A DNA stretch of 64,000 nt from an uncultured bacterium (GTDB lineage: Bacteria; Chloroflexota; Anaerolineae; B4-G1), in assembly GCA_965612745.1 (NCBI GenBank), contig CBFDTD010000004.1, positions 1,253-65,252 of the forward strand, read 5' to 3'. The notes under the pieces were generated by a model. It worked only from the letters and a program-made list of their open reading frames with translations, searched no databases and was not told the origin of the DNA. A program made the translations under genes and the position numbers. Shown piece after piece: positions 17,580 through 27,776 of the stretch. Each line of letters begins with the position of its first letter. The stretch's first letter is position 1.

Positions 17580-18335
17580 TCAGATATGCTCTCGAATGAA
17601 CTCGTATGTCCTCTCCGCTACCGTCTCCCACTCACTGTCCACGGTGAGGCAGTGCCCCGAGTTATGGAGTGTGACCAGTTCTTTGTCGGTGGAACCGACC
17701 CGCTCGTAGGTGTAGCGGGCGCTTTGGGGATGGATGGCCTGGTCGAGGGTGCTGTGGATGATGAGCAGAGGGCAGGTCACCCGTGGCAGGAGTCGCCGCA
17801 CACGGAAGATCAGTTTCAGGAGTTCGTGGGCGGCGGAGACGGGGTTCTCCTCGTAACTCCACAGGCGCAGGTCAGCCTCGGGGTCGGTCAGGTCACTCTC
17901 GCCGGACTTGGGCTTCTTGTGAACCAGGTACTTGAGGACAGGGGTCAGGTAGATAAGCCGGTCGGCCACTATAACGGCGGGGGAATAAAGGACGGCCCCG
18001 GCCAGTTCGGAATGGTGGGCGGCCAGGTAGAGGGTGAGCAGGGAGCCCATAGAGAGACCGCCGACGAAAACCGTCTCGCAGCGAGCCTGGAGGTCGGCCA
18101 GTGCGTGCTCCACGTGACCGGTCCAGTCGGTCCATCGGCAGCGGTTCATGTCCTCCACAGTGGTCCCGTGGCCCGGCAAGAGCGGTCCGGAGACAGTGAA
18201 GCCCCGCTGATGGAGGAAATCCCCCACCAGGCGCATCTCCGGCGGGGAGCCGGTGAAGCCATGGATAAGCAGCACCCCGACGGGACCACTCTCCAGGAAA
18301 AAGGCAGATGGATCAAGGTGTGAGTGTCGGGTCAT
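17580..18335 (-). CDS. Alpha/beta-fold carboxylesterase/lipase
   Basis: HGFTG oxyanion motif, GLSMG nucleophile elbow, D in STLDQ, H in SGH. Confidence 0.9.
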   Translation of the reverse strand: MTRHSHLDPSAFFLESGPVGVLLIHGFTGSPPEMRLVGDFLHQRGFTVSGPLLPGHGTTVEDMNRCRWTDWTGHVEHALADLQARCETVFVGGLSMGSLLTLYLAAHHSELAGAVLYSPAVIVADRLIYLTPVLKYLVHKKPKSGESDLTDPEADLRLWSYEENPVSAAHELLKLIFRVRRLLPRVTCPLLIIHSTLDQAIHPQSARYTYERVGSTDKELVTLHNSGHCLTVDSEWETVAERTYEFIREHI

Positions 18336-18339
18336 TTTT

Positions 18340-20298
18340 TTACCTCGGTAGTGGAGTATTGGAGACTAGAGTATTGGAGACTAGAGATGTGGTTCGCAGC
18401 CAGACCCGCATAGGGCCGGGGGCGCGGTTGGCCCAGGCGTAGTAAGGAATGGCGGTTACCTCCATAAGCCGGCCCCGCTGTTTCTCCGAACAGGGAACCG
18501 CCGTGCGGTAGAGGCGATCCGCCCAGATAGCGTCCGGCGGAATGGCCTCGGCCTGACCGCGCAGCACGACCACGCCGCCGAGCAAGTCGGGCCGGAAGGC
18601 GACTGTAAAATCGGCATCAGCGGGCAAGAGGACATCGCGCAGGTCGAGACCAGGGTTATCGGCCTCCTCGACGCAGTAGAGGATTGGGCCGCGCATCAGG
18701 GCGACCCGGCCCGCGTTCTCAGCGACGTAGGGATGGCACTCGACGCGGCGCACCGGCATCGGCAGGTTGAGCCGCACGACATCGCCCGGCCGCCAGGCAC
18801 GGCGAACCTCGGCGTAGGAGCCGGGAGTAAGCACGCTGGCGAAAGGCTCCCCACTGACTTCGAGCACGGCCCCTTCCTCGCACCAGGCGGGGATGCGCAG
18901 CCAGAGGCTGAAAGTCCCTTCCCCCTCAATTTCGATGGCGATCTCGCCGTCCCACGGATAGCGGGTGTGCTGGGTCAGGCCGATGGTCGGGCCATTGAGG
19001 AGGGAGATGCGGGCAGCCCCCTGAGCGTAGAGATGCACCCACAGCCCGGCGTCAGAGAGGCTGTAAAAGTAGCCGGGAAGCGACGCGAGAAGGCGGGCAA
19101 TGTTGGGTGGACAGCAGGCGCAGCCGAACCACGGCTGGCGGCGGTGCGTCCCGTCGTCGGCCAGGGGGTTCTGGTAGAAGTAGGCTCGGCCGTCCAGCGA
19201 GACGCCGCAGAGGACAGCGTTGTAGAGCGTGGTCTCCAAGACGTCGGTGTAACGGGCATCGCCTGTTATCTGAAGCATGCGCCAGTTCCACATCGCGCTG
19301 CCGATGGCGGCACAGGTCTCCGCGTAGGCACGCTCATTGGGTAGTTCGTAGTCTCTTCCGAACGCCTCGCCCTCGTAGCGCGAGCCGATGGAGCCGTTGA
19401 TGTACATCTGCCGCGCGGTCATATTGCGCCAGAGGCAGTCGAGCGCGTCACGCAGGGCGGCCTCGCCCGTCTCGGCGTAAAGGTCCGCCGCCCCTGCGTT
19501 CAAATAGACGGCACGCACGGCGTGACCCACCATCCGCTCCAACTCCCGAAACGGCTTGTGGTCCTGATGATAGGCGCTGCCGCCGATCAGTCCGCGCCCA
19601 CGCATGTCCAGGAAGAATTGCGCCTGCCGGCAATACCTCGGCTCACCCGTCTCACGCGCCAGTTCGACCAGCGCCATCTCTATCTCCGGGTGGCCGCCGG
19701 TTCCGGCCCGCTTGCCCTCCTCCTGCGGCCCGAAGCGGTCGCAGATGTGGTCGGCCAGACGGCGGACGATGTGGAGCAGGCGGTCATCTCCGGTGGCACG
19801 GTGGTGGGCGACGGCAGCCTGGATCAGGTGCCCGGCGCAGTAGAGTTCGTGCATGTCGCGCAGGTTGGTCCAGCGCTCAGCAGCCCTCTCGTGCGTGAAG
19901 TAGGTGTTGAGGTAACCGTCGGGCTGCTGAGCGGCGGCAATCTCGGCGATCACGGTGTCGGCCATCCGCGCCAGGGCCGGGTCGGCGTCGGTGGCAAGCG
20001 TCCACGCGACCGCTTCGAGCCATTTGTAGACATCGGAGTCGTTGTAGTACCTGCCCTGGAAGGGGACGTCCACTTTACCTGCGGCACGGCGGAAGTTGTC
20101 AACACGGCCGGTCTCTTCCAAAAGGCGGTACTGTGAGGGGAGCGTGTCTTCCCGATTGACCCGTCGGCGCGGCGTCCAGAAACCATCGGCGAGCGTGACT
20201 GCGGTCAGGGGTACGGGCCGCAGGCAGGCGTGCGGGCTTCGGGACGTATCTACGACCACGGCGGATGATCGGGTTCGGTCATACACGGTTCTGGTCAC
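18340..20298 (-). CDS. GH127 beta-L-arabinofuranosidase-like protein
   Basis: DSDVYKWLEA, HELYCAGH, GHPEIE, GHAVR, ETCAAIG, CACCPPN. Confidence 0.92.
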   Translation of the reverse strand: MTRTVYDRTRSSAVVVDTSRSPHACLRPVPLTAVTLADGFWTPRRRVNREDTLPSQYRLLEETGRVDNFRRAAGKVDVPFQGRYYNDSDVYKWLEAVAWTLATDADPALARMADTVIAEIAAAQQPDGYLNTYFTHERAAERWTNLRDMHELYCAGHLIQAAVAHHRATGDDRLLHIVRRLADHICDRFGPQEEGKRAGTGGHPEIEMALVELARETGEPRYCRQAQFFLDMRGRGLIGGSAYHQDHKPFRELERMVGHAVRAVYLNAGAADLYAETGEAALRDALDCLWRNMTARQMYINGSIGSRYEGEAFGRDYELPNERAYAETCAAIGSAMWNWRMLQITGDARYTDVLETTLYNAVLCGVSLDGRAYFYQNPLADDGTHRRQPWFGCACCPPNIARLLASLPGYFYSLSDAGLWVHLYAQGAARISLLNGPTIGLTQHTRYPWDGEIAIEIEGEGTFSLWLRIPAWCEEGAVLEVSGEPFASVLTPGSYAEVRRAWRPGDVVRLNLPMPVRRVECHPYVAENAGRVALMRGPILYCVEEADNPGLDLRDVLLPADADFTVAFRPDLLGGVVVLRGQAEAIPPDAIWADRLYRTAVPCSEKQRGRLMEVTAIPYYAWANRAPGPMRVWLRTTSLVSNTLVSNTPLPR

Positions 20299-20337
20299 CT
20301 AACGATTTTAGTCGCCGGGCGGGAAATTACCCGACGG

Positions 20338-20383
20338 AGGCCCTGATTTATCGGGAGTTTCCCGGCTGAAGCCGGGCCTCCGG
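20338..20383. repeat. Dispersed REP copy
   Basis: CCCGGCTGAAGCCGGGCCTCC hairpin, same family as the 13654 array. Confidence 0.75.
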
Positions 20384-20435
20384 TTATGTTTCGCACCGAG
20401 TATTAGTATAACACAACCCGGTGGAGAGGAGTAGT

Positions 20436-20591
20436 GGCAAGTATCCGCGCGCCATCGCGCCGGTCGAGCGAGGGATGGTGGACGTGCACCGGCTCATCAC
20501 CCACCGCTTTCCGCTGGAACAAGCGGCGGAAGTCTTCGAACCGGTGGCCTCCCTGCGGGATGGGGTCGTCAAGGCGATGATCGAGGTCTGA
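20436..20591 (+). pseudogene. C-terminal remnant of a zinc-dependent (sorbitol/threonine-type) dehydrogenase
   Basis: GKYPRAIAPVERGMVDVHRLITHRFPLEQAAEVFEPVASLRDGVVKAMIEV*; typical MDR C-terminus with no 5' part. Confidence 0.7.
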
Positions 20592-20623
20592 ATCACGTGG
20601 ACCCAGCCGACGGCACTGGTTGA

Positions 20624-20652
20624 TTGACGTCTGCGTCACCTTCGGTTATAAT
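20624..20652 (+). promoter_or_regulatory. Sigma70-type promoter for the Rpn gene
   Basis: TTGACG - 17 bp - TATAAT, 28 nt upstream of ATG 20681. Confidence 0.8.
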
Positions 20653-20680
20653 GTAAACTAGCACTACGTGGACGCATCCG

Positions 20681-21667
20681 ATGCCCATCAACATATTTGA
20701 CCGTGTGTTGAAGATTCTGGCCCGCAACTACGCGGCGCGATTCCTGCAACTTGCCTTCCCCACCACAGAGGTGTACCTGGCAGGCACACTGGAGAATGTG
20801 GAACTGGCCCTGCCGGAGCAGCGGGTTGACTTTGTACATCGCGTAGTGCATGCGGGACAAGAGTATCTTCTACATATGGAGTTTCAGATCGAGCATCGGG
20901 CCGAGGTGCCGCGGCGGATGTTTGTGTATTCCGCACTGTTAACGCAGCAGTTCGACCTGCCTGTCATCACGCTGGTTCTGTACCTCCAGCGTCAGGCTGC
21001 CTCCATTCCGGGCACCTACGAAGTGCGAGTGGGATCAGAACTGGTGAATAGTTTCACTTACCGTACATTGCGTCTGTGGGAGTACGAGGGGGCAATCCGC
21101 AGGGGGCAGTATCCAGAACTGGCCCCGCTGCTGGTGATGCTGGTGGAGAGGCCGGATAGAGAGATACTGACACGTGAGCGGGAGTTAATTCTGGCAGAAG
21201 AAGACCCACAGAGGCGGGCCGATCTACTGGCGTGTGCAGTGACGATTGGGGCACGCTACTTCGACAAAGAATTCCTGTGGCGGTTCTTTCGAGAGGAGGT
21301 GGAGATGCTGAAAGGAGCAAGTTTCATCGAGGATTGGCTGGAGGAGAAACTTGAGGAAGGCTTGCAGCAAGGGCTGCAGCAAGGGCTGCAGCAAGGGCTG
21401 CAGCAAGGGCTGCAGCAGGGACTGCAGCAGGGACTGCAGCAGGGCTCACTTGAAGCCCGACGGCAGGATATACTCCATATCCTGCGAACCCGCTTTGATC
21501 TCTCAGAGGAAAAGGCGACCAGAGCACTGATGGAGAGACTCCAGGAGATCGAGGACCAGGCTCTGCTGCAAGGATTGGTGATGGAGGCAGTGCAGGCTGA
21601 AAGCCTGGAGGCGTTCTGGGCTTCACTGGATGGGAGGACAGCCCAGGTCCAGGGAAAGATTGAATGA
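20681..21667 (+). CDS. Rpn/YhgA-like PD-(D/E)XK nuclease (recombination-promoting nuclease/putative transposase)
   Basis: QRVDFV...LLHMEFQ nuclease motif, RMFVY, C-terminal (GLQQ)x7 repeat and helical tail. Confidence 0.85.
   Translation: MPINIFDRVLKILARNYAARFLQLAFPTTEVYLAGTLENVELALPEQRVDFVHRVVHAGQEYLLHMEFQIEHRAEVPRRMFVYSALLTQQFDLPVITLVLYLQRQAASIPGTYEVRVGSELVNSFTYRTLRLWEYEGAIRRGQYPELAPLLVMLVERPDREILTRERELILAEEDPQRRADLLACAVTIGARYFDKEFLWRFFREEVEMLKGASFIEDWLEEKLEEGLQQGLQQGLQQGLQQGLQQGLQQGLQQGSLEARRQDILHILRTRFDLSEEKATRALMERLQEIEDQALLQGLVMEAVQAESLEAFWASLDGRTAQVQGKIE
21359..21442 (+). repeat. 12-bp coding tandem repeat (GLQQ)x7
   Basis: GG(G/C/A)(C/T)TGCAGCA(A/G) tandem units within Rpn. Confidence 0.9.
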
Positions 21668-21706
21668 AGCCACCCCAAACACACGTCGGTGATAGAGTGT
21701 GGTCCA

Positions 21707-22987
21707 ATGTCTCGAAAGTGTGTGATGTCTCGGCGATATTTTCGCTCCACACTTAAATGGCTGACCCCCGGCATGGGCGTCAAACGCTGGCTGCTGCTTC
21801 TGGCCTGCGGCATCGCACTCCTAAGCCTGGGCTTCAGTTTCTTGCTCCGACAACTCTACCCCTTGCCGAGCATCTTCTACTACCTGACCTTCCAGTTCAT
21901 CCCACGCGGTCTGCGGGCCGGGCTTTTCGGATTGGCTGGCATAGTAGCAGTGGTGATCGCGCTGCTGCGCCTCAACCGGACGCTGCTAGAGCCCTTTGTA
22001 GAAGCCGACCCGGAGGTAGTGGTCAACGCCATATACCGCTATCGCCAACGGGAGCGTGGTCCCAAAGTCGTCGCTATCGGTGGAGGGCACGGCCTTTCCG
22101 TCCTTCTGCGCGGCCTCAAACAGTACACCTCCAACATCACTGCTGTCGTCACCGTTGCCGACGACGGGGGCAGTTCGGGGCGACTGCGGCGCGAACTAGG
22201 TGTGCTGCCGCCGGGCGACTTCCGCAACTGCATTGCCGCGCTGGCCAACGATGAGGCATTGACGACCCAGTTGTTTCAGTACCGCTTCGGCAACGGCACC
22301 GGGCTTAATGGCCACAGTTTCGGTAACCTCTTCATCACCGCGATGGCCGAGGTGAGCGGTAGTTTTGAACGGGCGATTCTGGAATCAGGGCGGGTGCTGG
22401 CGGTTCAGGGACGTGTGCTGCCCAGCACGCTGCAGGATGTGACGCTGATGGCCGACTTGCGGGACGAAGCCAACGGCCTCAGTCGAGTGAGCGGCGAATC
22501 GCGCATCCCACAGTCCGGTGGGGCCATCGAGCGGGTCTACCTGAAGCCCGACAACGTCTCGGCTTACCCCGACGCGGTGCGGGCATTGCTGGAAGCAGAC
22601 CTGATCGTGGCCGGTCCCGGCAGCCTCTATACCAGCGTCCTCCCCAACCTGCTCGTGCCGGACGTGGCACGGGCAGTCGCGGCCAGCCGGGCGCTCAAGG
22701 TCTACGTCTGCAACGTCGCCACCCAGCGCGGCGAGACGGAGGGATACAGCGTAGGCGATCACGTCGCGGCGCTGGAGGCACACGTGGGGGCCGGCCTCTT
22801 CCCGGTAGTGCTGGCCAACGACAATCTGGACGTAGACTTCGACCCGCCTCTGGGGGTGGAGTTAGTGCCGGTGGATTTCCCACCCGATGCAGGATACAGG
22901 GTGATCACCGCCGATCTGATTGACCCCACCCATCCCTGGCGACACGACGGCCACAAACTGGCGCAAGCGCTGCTACGCCTGTTGTGA
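21707..22987 (+). CDS. yvcK: YvcK/CofD-like gluconeogenesis factor with N-terminal TM segments
   Basis: GGGHGLS, VADDGGSSG, PGDFRNC, GPGSLYTS; exact start uncertain (21689/21707/21725). Confidence 0.9.
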   Translation: MSRKCVMSRRYFRSTLKWLTPGMGVKRWLLLLACGIALLSLGFSFLLRQLYPLPSIFYYLTFQFIPRGLRAGLFGLAGIVAVVIALLRLNRTLLEPFVEADPEVVVNAIYRYRQRERGPKVVAIGGGHGLSVLLRGLKQYTSNITAVVTVADDGGSSGRLRRELGVLPPGDFRNCIAALANDEALTTQLFQYRFGNGTGLNGHSFGNLFITAMAEVSGSFERAILESGRVLAVQGRVLPSTLQDVTLMADLRDEANGLSRVSGESRIPQSGGAIERVYLKPDNVSAYPDAVRALLEADLIVAGPGSLYTSVLPNLLVPDVARAVAASRALKVYVCNVATQRGETEGYSVGDHVAALEAHVGAGLFPVVLANDNLDVDFDPPLGVELVPVDFPPDAGYRVITADLIDPTHPWRHDGHKLAQALLRLL

Positions 22988-23037
22988 CAACAACCATACA
23001 TCCCAAACATAAGTATAGATAAGAAAGGAGCAGAGCA

Positions 23038-24063
23038 ATGACAGTCAAAGTCGGTATTAACGGTTTCGGCCGCATCGGCCGGCAGGTACTTAAGGCGATA
23101 AGGGAGAACTATGGCGATGAATTCGATGTCGTCGCCGTCAACGATCTCTTCCCGCCTGAGACCAATGCCCATCTGTTCAAGTATGATTCTAACTTCGGCA
23201 TCTATCCCGGTACGGTCGAGGTGCTCGGAGGAGACATCATCGTGGACGGTGACCGCATCAAGGTCTTCGCTGAGCGCGACCCGGCGAAACTGCCCTGGGG
23301 CGACCTGGGTGTGGAGATCGTGATCGAATCCACCGGCGTCTTCCGTGATGGGAGGAAAGCGGCCGCGCACATTGACCCGGCGGGGGCGAAGAAGGTCATC
23401 ATCAGCGCCCCGGCCAAGCCGCCTGACAGTGTTGACCTGACCATCGTACTGGGCGTGAACGACGAGAAGTACGACCCGTCGAAACACGACGTCCTCTCGA
23501 TGGGCTCGTGCACCACTAACTGCCTGGCGCCCGTCTCCAAGGTGCTGAACGACAACTTCGGGATCGTCAAAGGTGTGATGACCACCATCCACTCCTACAC
23601 CAACGACCAGCGCATCCTGGATCTGGCTCACAAAGACCTGCGGCGGGCACGGGCTGCTGCCCTCAACATGATCCCCACCACCACCGGCGCGGCCAAGGCG
23701 ATCGGCCTGGTGTTGCCCGAACTGGACGGTAAATTGAACGGCATGGCTCTGCGAGTCCCCACGCCGACCGTCTCCATCGTTGACCTGGTGGTGCTGTTGG
23801 AGAAACCGACCAGCGTCGAGGCGATCAACGCGGCGATGAAGGCTGCCGCCGAAGGGCCGATGAAGGGCATCCTGGGTTACTCCGAGGAGCCGCTGGTCAG
23901 CATGGACTTCAAAGGCGATGACCGCTCGGCCATCTTCGACGCCCCCAGCACAATGGGCATAGGCGATAATTTCTTCAAGGTACTCGCCTGGTACGACAAC
24001 GAATGGGCCTTCTCGGTCCGCATGGCCGACCTGGTGAAGTTCATGGCGGACAAGGGGCTGTAG
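23038..24063 (+). CDS. gap: Type I glyceraldehyde-3-phosphate dehydrogenase
   Basis: GINGFGRIG, catalytic SCTTNCL, TGAAKA, WYDNE. Confidence 0.98.
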   Translation: MTVKVGINGFGRIGRQVLKAIRENYGDEFDVVAVNDLFPPETNAHLFKYDSNFGIYPGTVEVLGGDIIVDGDRIKVFAERDPAKLPWGDLGVEIVIESTGVFRDGRKAAAHIDPAGAKKVIISAPAKPPDSVDLTIVLGVNDEKYDPSKHDVLSMGSCTTNCLAPVSKVLNDNFGIVKGVMTTIHSYTNDQRILDLAHKDLRRARAAALNMIPTTTGAAKAIGLVLPELDGKLNGMALRVPTPTVSIVDLVVLLEKPTSVEAINAAMKAAAEGPMKGILGYSEEPLVSMDFKGDDRSAIFDAPSTMGIGDNFFKVLAWYDNEWAFSVRMADLVKFMADKGL

Positions 24064-24135
24064 CGGAGAAGCAGGGATCAGGATGCAAGATGCAGGATGC
24101 AGGAGCGTCCTGATCCCTGACTGCTTTCCAAGGCA

Positions 24136-24972
24136 GTGGAATGGGTGATGGCAGTTCGGGGTGAAGGGACGTGGCCGGCGGTGCACATTGACGGCACCGA
24201 ACTACGGGCCACGAGCGAGGTGCATTACCGCAAACTGCTGGCCTTGCAGCGCTTCATGGAAACGCTGCTGAACAGCCCGGCGCGGAATCAAATTGCCAAG
24301 GTCGTGCTCTTCGGCAGTGTCGCCCGGGGTGATCCAGAGCCGGATAGCGACGTGGATGTGCTCATCTTCGGTACTCGCAATCTGGAAGCGATCCGAGAGA
24401 TGTGTTACAACGCCTGGCTTGCTGCACCTGCACCCCACAGCGTTGAGGCTATCGTTGCCCCCTTCAGCCATCTGTTCATACCCGATTCCTACTTCATCTA
24501 CTCGACCTTGCGTCACGGCAAGGAGATTTATGCTATGAATGAAGCCGAACTTGTCCAGCGGGCCGCCGATAACTATTACTGGCTGGCCCACGAGTATCTG
24601 GCGGGGGCTGAGGACAGCCTGAAATTGGGACATCCCCGCGTGGCGGTTGACAGCGCCTACAACGCAGCCGAACTATGCGCCAAAGCCTTTCTACTGCTGA
24701 GCGAAGTCGAGCGTATGCCCACCCGACACGGAGCCACCATCCGCCTGTTCAGTGACCTTTTTCTAAAGACCGAGCGGCTTCCCCCTCGCCTGGGAAGGCG
24801 GCTCAACCAAGCCCTGGAGAACCGAAACAGGGCACGCTACAAGTACGAGACTGAGGTATCCGAAGCGATGGCAGAAGAGACAATCGCTCTGGCGCGTGAG
24901 TTGCTGGAGCATCTCAAAGCGCATCTTACTCAGCAGCAAGAGGAGACAGATGAACAAGAAAACTATCCGTGA
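24136..24972 (+). CDS. Minimal nucleotidyltransferase (MNT)-HEPN fusion protein
   Basis: GSVARGD...SDVDVL MNT motif; HEPN-like [17 protein letters not shown]...HGATIRLF...RNRARY; overlaps the pgk start by 23 nt. Confidence 0.85.
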   Translation: MEWVMAVRGEGTWPAVHIDGTELRATSEVHYRKLLALQRFMETLLNSPARNQIAKVVLFGSVARGDPEPDSDVDVLIFGTRNLEAIREMCYNAWLAAPAPHSVEAIVAPFSHLFIPDSYFIYSTLRHGKEIYAMNEAELVQRAADNYYWLAHEYLAGAEDSLKLGHPRVAVDSAYNAAELCAKAFLLLSEVERMPTRHGATIRLFSDLFLKTERLPPRLGRRLNQALENRNRARYKYETEVSEAMAEETIALARELLEHLKAHLTQQQEETDEQENYP

Positions 24973-26122
24973 TGTGGACGTGCGCGGCAAGCGCGTCCTA
25001 GTGCGCGTTGACTTTAATGTGCCGCTCAAGGAGGGAACCGTAGCAGATGATATGCGTATTCGGGCAGCACTACCCACGATCCAGTATCTCCTGGATCACG
25101 AGGCTGCTGTCATTCTTATGTCTCATCTGGGCCGACCGAAAGGGAAGGTCGTGTCGGAGTTGAGGATGGATCCGGTGGCGGAACGACTTGCGGAACTGCT
25201 GGGCCGCCCGGTGAAGAAACTCGACGACTGCGTTGGCCCGGAGGTCGAGGCAGCGGTCGAAGCGATGCGGCCCGGCGATGTCATCCTGCTGGAGAACACC
25301 CGCTTTCATCCGGAGGAGCGGGCCAACGATCCCGAATTCGCCAGACAACTGGCCGGCCTAGCCGAGATTTTCGTCAACGATGCCTTCGGTTCGGCGCACC
25401 GGGCCCATGCCTCGACCGAGGGAGTGACGCACTACCTACCGGCCGTGGCCGGCTTCCTGATGGAGAAAGAACTGGAATTCTTGGGCCGGGCGACCGAGAA
25501 CCCGGAGCATCCCTACGTTGCTATCCTGGGCGGGGCCAAAATCTCCGATAAGATCGGCGTCATCGAGAACCTGCTGACGAAGTGCGACCGGCTGCTCATC
25601 GGTGGTGGGATGGCAAACACCTTCTTCAAGGCAATGGGCTTCGAGGTGGGCGATAGCCTAGTTGAAGATGAGGCCGTGGAGACAGCAGGGGCGTTAATCA
25701 AGCAGGCAGGGGGTGTACTGGTATTGCCTGTGGACGTGGTCATCGCCGACGCTTTCGACAACGAGGCCAACACGCGGGTCGTGGCTCCCAACGAGGTCAC
25801 CCCCGGCTGGCGCATCCTCGACATCGGCCCCAAGACGGTGTCCACGTTCGAGTCGGCGCTGGGCGGGGCTAAGACGGTGGTCTGGAACGGGCCGATGGGT
25901 GTGTTTGAGATGCCCAACTTCGCGCAAGGCACCTTCGCCGTGGCGCGGCTCCTCGCTCACCTGGACGCGGTGACGATCATCGGCGGTGGCGATTCGGCGG
26001 CGGCGGTACGCCAAGCAGGTGTGGCGGATAAGATGACGCACGTCTCCACCGGTGGCGGGGCCAGCCTAGAGTTCCTCGAGGGGAAAGTCCTGCCGGGCGT
26101 GGCGGTGCTGGAGGACAAGTAG
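24950..26122 (+). CDS. pgk: Phosphoglycerate kinase
   Basis: [43 protein letters not shown]; ATG 24950 after AGGAG. Confidence 0.98.
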   Translation: MNKKTIRDVDVRGKRVLVRVDFNVPLKEGTVADDMRIRAALPTIQYLLDHEAAVILMSHLGRPKGKVVSELRMDPVAERLAELLGRPVKKLDDCVGPEVEAAVEAMRPGDVILLENTRFHPEERANDPEFARQLAGLAEIFVNDAFGSAHRAHASTEGVTHYLPAVAGFLMEKELEFLGRATENPEHPYVAILGGAKISDKIGVIENLLTKCDRLLIGGGMANTFFKAMGFEVGDSLVEDEAVETAGALIKQAGGVLVLPVDVVIADAFDNEANTRVVAPNEVTPGWRILDIGPKTVSTFESALGGAKTVVWNGPMGVFEMPNFAQGTFAVARLLAHLDAVTIIGGGDSAAAVRQAGVADKMTHVSTGGGASLEFLEGKVLPGVAVLEDK

Positions 26123-26130
26123 GAGATACG

Positions 26131-26901
26131 ATGCGTAAACCCTTCATCGCCGGTAACTGGAAGATGCACAAGACCATTGAGGAGGCGGTCGCGCTGGCAC
26201 AGGAACTGCGGGCCGCGCTGGAGGATGTGGAGGGCTGCGATGTAGCCATCTGTCCCCCCTTCCCTGCGCTGGCCGCCGTGCACGAGGCCCTGGCCGGATC
26301 GGCCATCGGACTGGGTGCACAGAACATGCACTGGGAGAAGCAGGGGGCCTTCACCGGCGAGGTGAGCCCACCGATGTTGCAGGGGCTGTGCGATTACGTC
26401 ATCATCGGCCATTCGGAGCGCCGCACCCTCTTCGGCGAGAGCGACGAGATGGTGAACAAGAAACTGCACGCCGCGCTGGCCCACGGCCTCAAGCCCATCG
26501 TATGCGTGGGAGAGAACCTGGAGCAGAACCGGGCCGGGGAGACGGAGGAGTTCGTCGGCGGTCAGGTGCGCGCCGCCTTCGCAGGCATCACAGCGGAGCA
26601 GGCCCGTACCGTGACCGTGGCCTACGAACCCATCTGGGCCATCGGCACGGGCGTGCCGGCCACCGGTGAGGGGGCCAATGCCATCATCGGGGGAACGGTG
26701 CGCGGGACGCTGGCCGCGTTGTACGGCAACGATGTGGCCCAGGCAGTGCGTATCCAGTACGGTGGCAGTGTTAAGCCGGGCAATATCGCCGAATTTATGT
26801 CGCAGCCCGAGATTGACGGGGCGCTGGTAGGCGGGGCCAGTCTGCGGGCAGCCGATTTCGCCGCCATTGTGCGGAACGGGCTGGAGGCCAAAAGCCAATA
26901 G
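26131..26901 (+). CDS. tpiA: Triosephosphate isomerase
   Basis: [36 protein letters not shown]. Confidence 0.98.
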   Translation: MRKPFIAGNWKMHKTIEEAVALAQELRAALEDVEGCDVAICPPFPALAAVHEALAGSAIGLGAQNMHWEKQGAFTGEVSPPMLQGLCDYVIIGHSERRTLFGESDEMVNKKLHAALAHGLKPIVCVGENLEQNRAGETEEFVGGQVRAAFAGITAEQARTVTVAYEPIWAIGTGVPATGEGANAIIGGTVRGTLAALYGNDVAQAVRIQYGGSVKPGNIAEFMSQPEIDGALVGGASLRAADFAAIVRNGLEAKSQ

Positions 26902-26916
26902 CACTATCCTCTCTCG

Positions 26917-27669
26917 ATGAACTGGACACCTCTCCTCCAGTTGGCGGTGACACTGGTGCTCTTGTTGCTCGTCGAGCGTTGGATTCATCGCCACCTGCAA
27001 GGAGTGATGCTCCTGCTCACGGGCGACCGTGAGGTCGCGGTGATGCTGTATGCGCTACCGCTGCTCCCAGGCATACTCCTCCACGAGTTGAGCCACGCGC
27101 TGGCGGCGATCTTGCTGGGAGTGCGGGTGGGGCGTATCTCTATCCGCCCCAAACGGACGGGGCAGCGCGTCCAGTTAGGCTTCGTCCCAGTTGAGAAGAC
27201 CGACGCTGTGAGGGCCAGCCTGATTGGGCTGGCCCCCCTGCTGACCGGACCTACCGCTATTCTGCTGATCGGACACAGGGTCCTCGGTCTCGATGCGGTC
27301 GGTGCAGCACTTGTCGCTGGAGACTGGCCCGGCCTGGTGGCAGAACTGGTGGGGATGCTGAAAGCGCCCGACGTCTGGATCTGGGCTTACCTCATCTTCG
27401 CCGTGAGCAACACGATGTTGCCCAGCCGGGCCGACCGGCAGGCATGGACACCTGTGCTCCTCTTCCTGTTCCTGATGGGAGTGCTGGTCTGGGTGGTGGG
27501 GCCCGGGCCGGTGATCGTTGAGGGACTGGCTGAACCTATCAGCAGGGCCTTGCGCTGGCTGACGACGATGTGCGCTTTCACAATAGCGGTTGACCTGCCG
27601 TTTCTGCTGCTGATCGCGCTGGTGGAGAGGCTGCTGGAACGGCTGAAGGGCGTGCGGGTGGAGTATTGA
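26917..27669 (+). CDS. Hypothetical membrane protein with HExxH (M50-like metalloprotease fold possible)
   Basis: LHELSH in a TM context, GLAPL, several hydrophobic helices. Confidence 0.7.
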   Translation: MNWTPLLQLAVTLVLLLLVERWIHRHLQGVMLLLTGDREVAVMLYALPLLPGILLHELSHALAAILLGVRVGRISIRPKRTGQRVQLGFVPVEKTDAVRASLIGLAPLLTGPTAILLIGHRVLGLDAVGAALVAGDWPGLVAELVGMLKAPDVWIWAYLIFAVSNTMLPSRADRQAWTPVLLFLFLMGVLVWVVGPGPVIVEGLAEPISRALRWLTTMCAFTIAVDLPFLLLIALVERLLERLKGVRVEY

Positions 27670-27688
27670 CGAAGCCGAAAATTACTCC

Positions 27689-27767
27689 GAGTCTGGCTAA
27701 AATTCGTGGGGAGAAAAGGCCGGAGGCCCCGCTTCAGCGGGGATTTTCCGGCTGAAGCCGGACGTCC
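27689..27767. repeat. 79-bp REP-doublet element, inverted copy of 32089-32167
   Basis: 78/79 identity with the reverse complement of 32089-32167; hairpins CCCCGCTTCAGCGGGG and CCGGCTGAAGCCGG. Confidence 0.9.
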
Positions 27768-27776
27768 GCTGATCAA

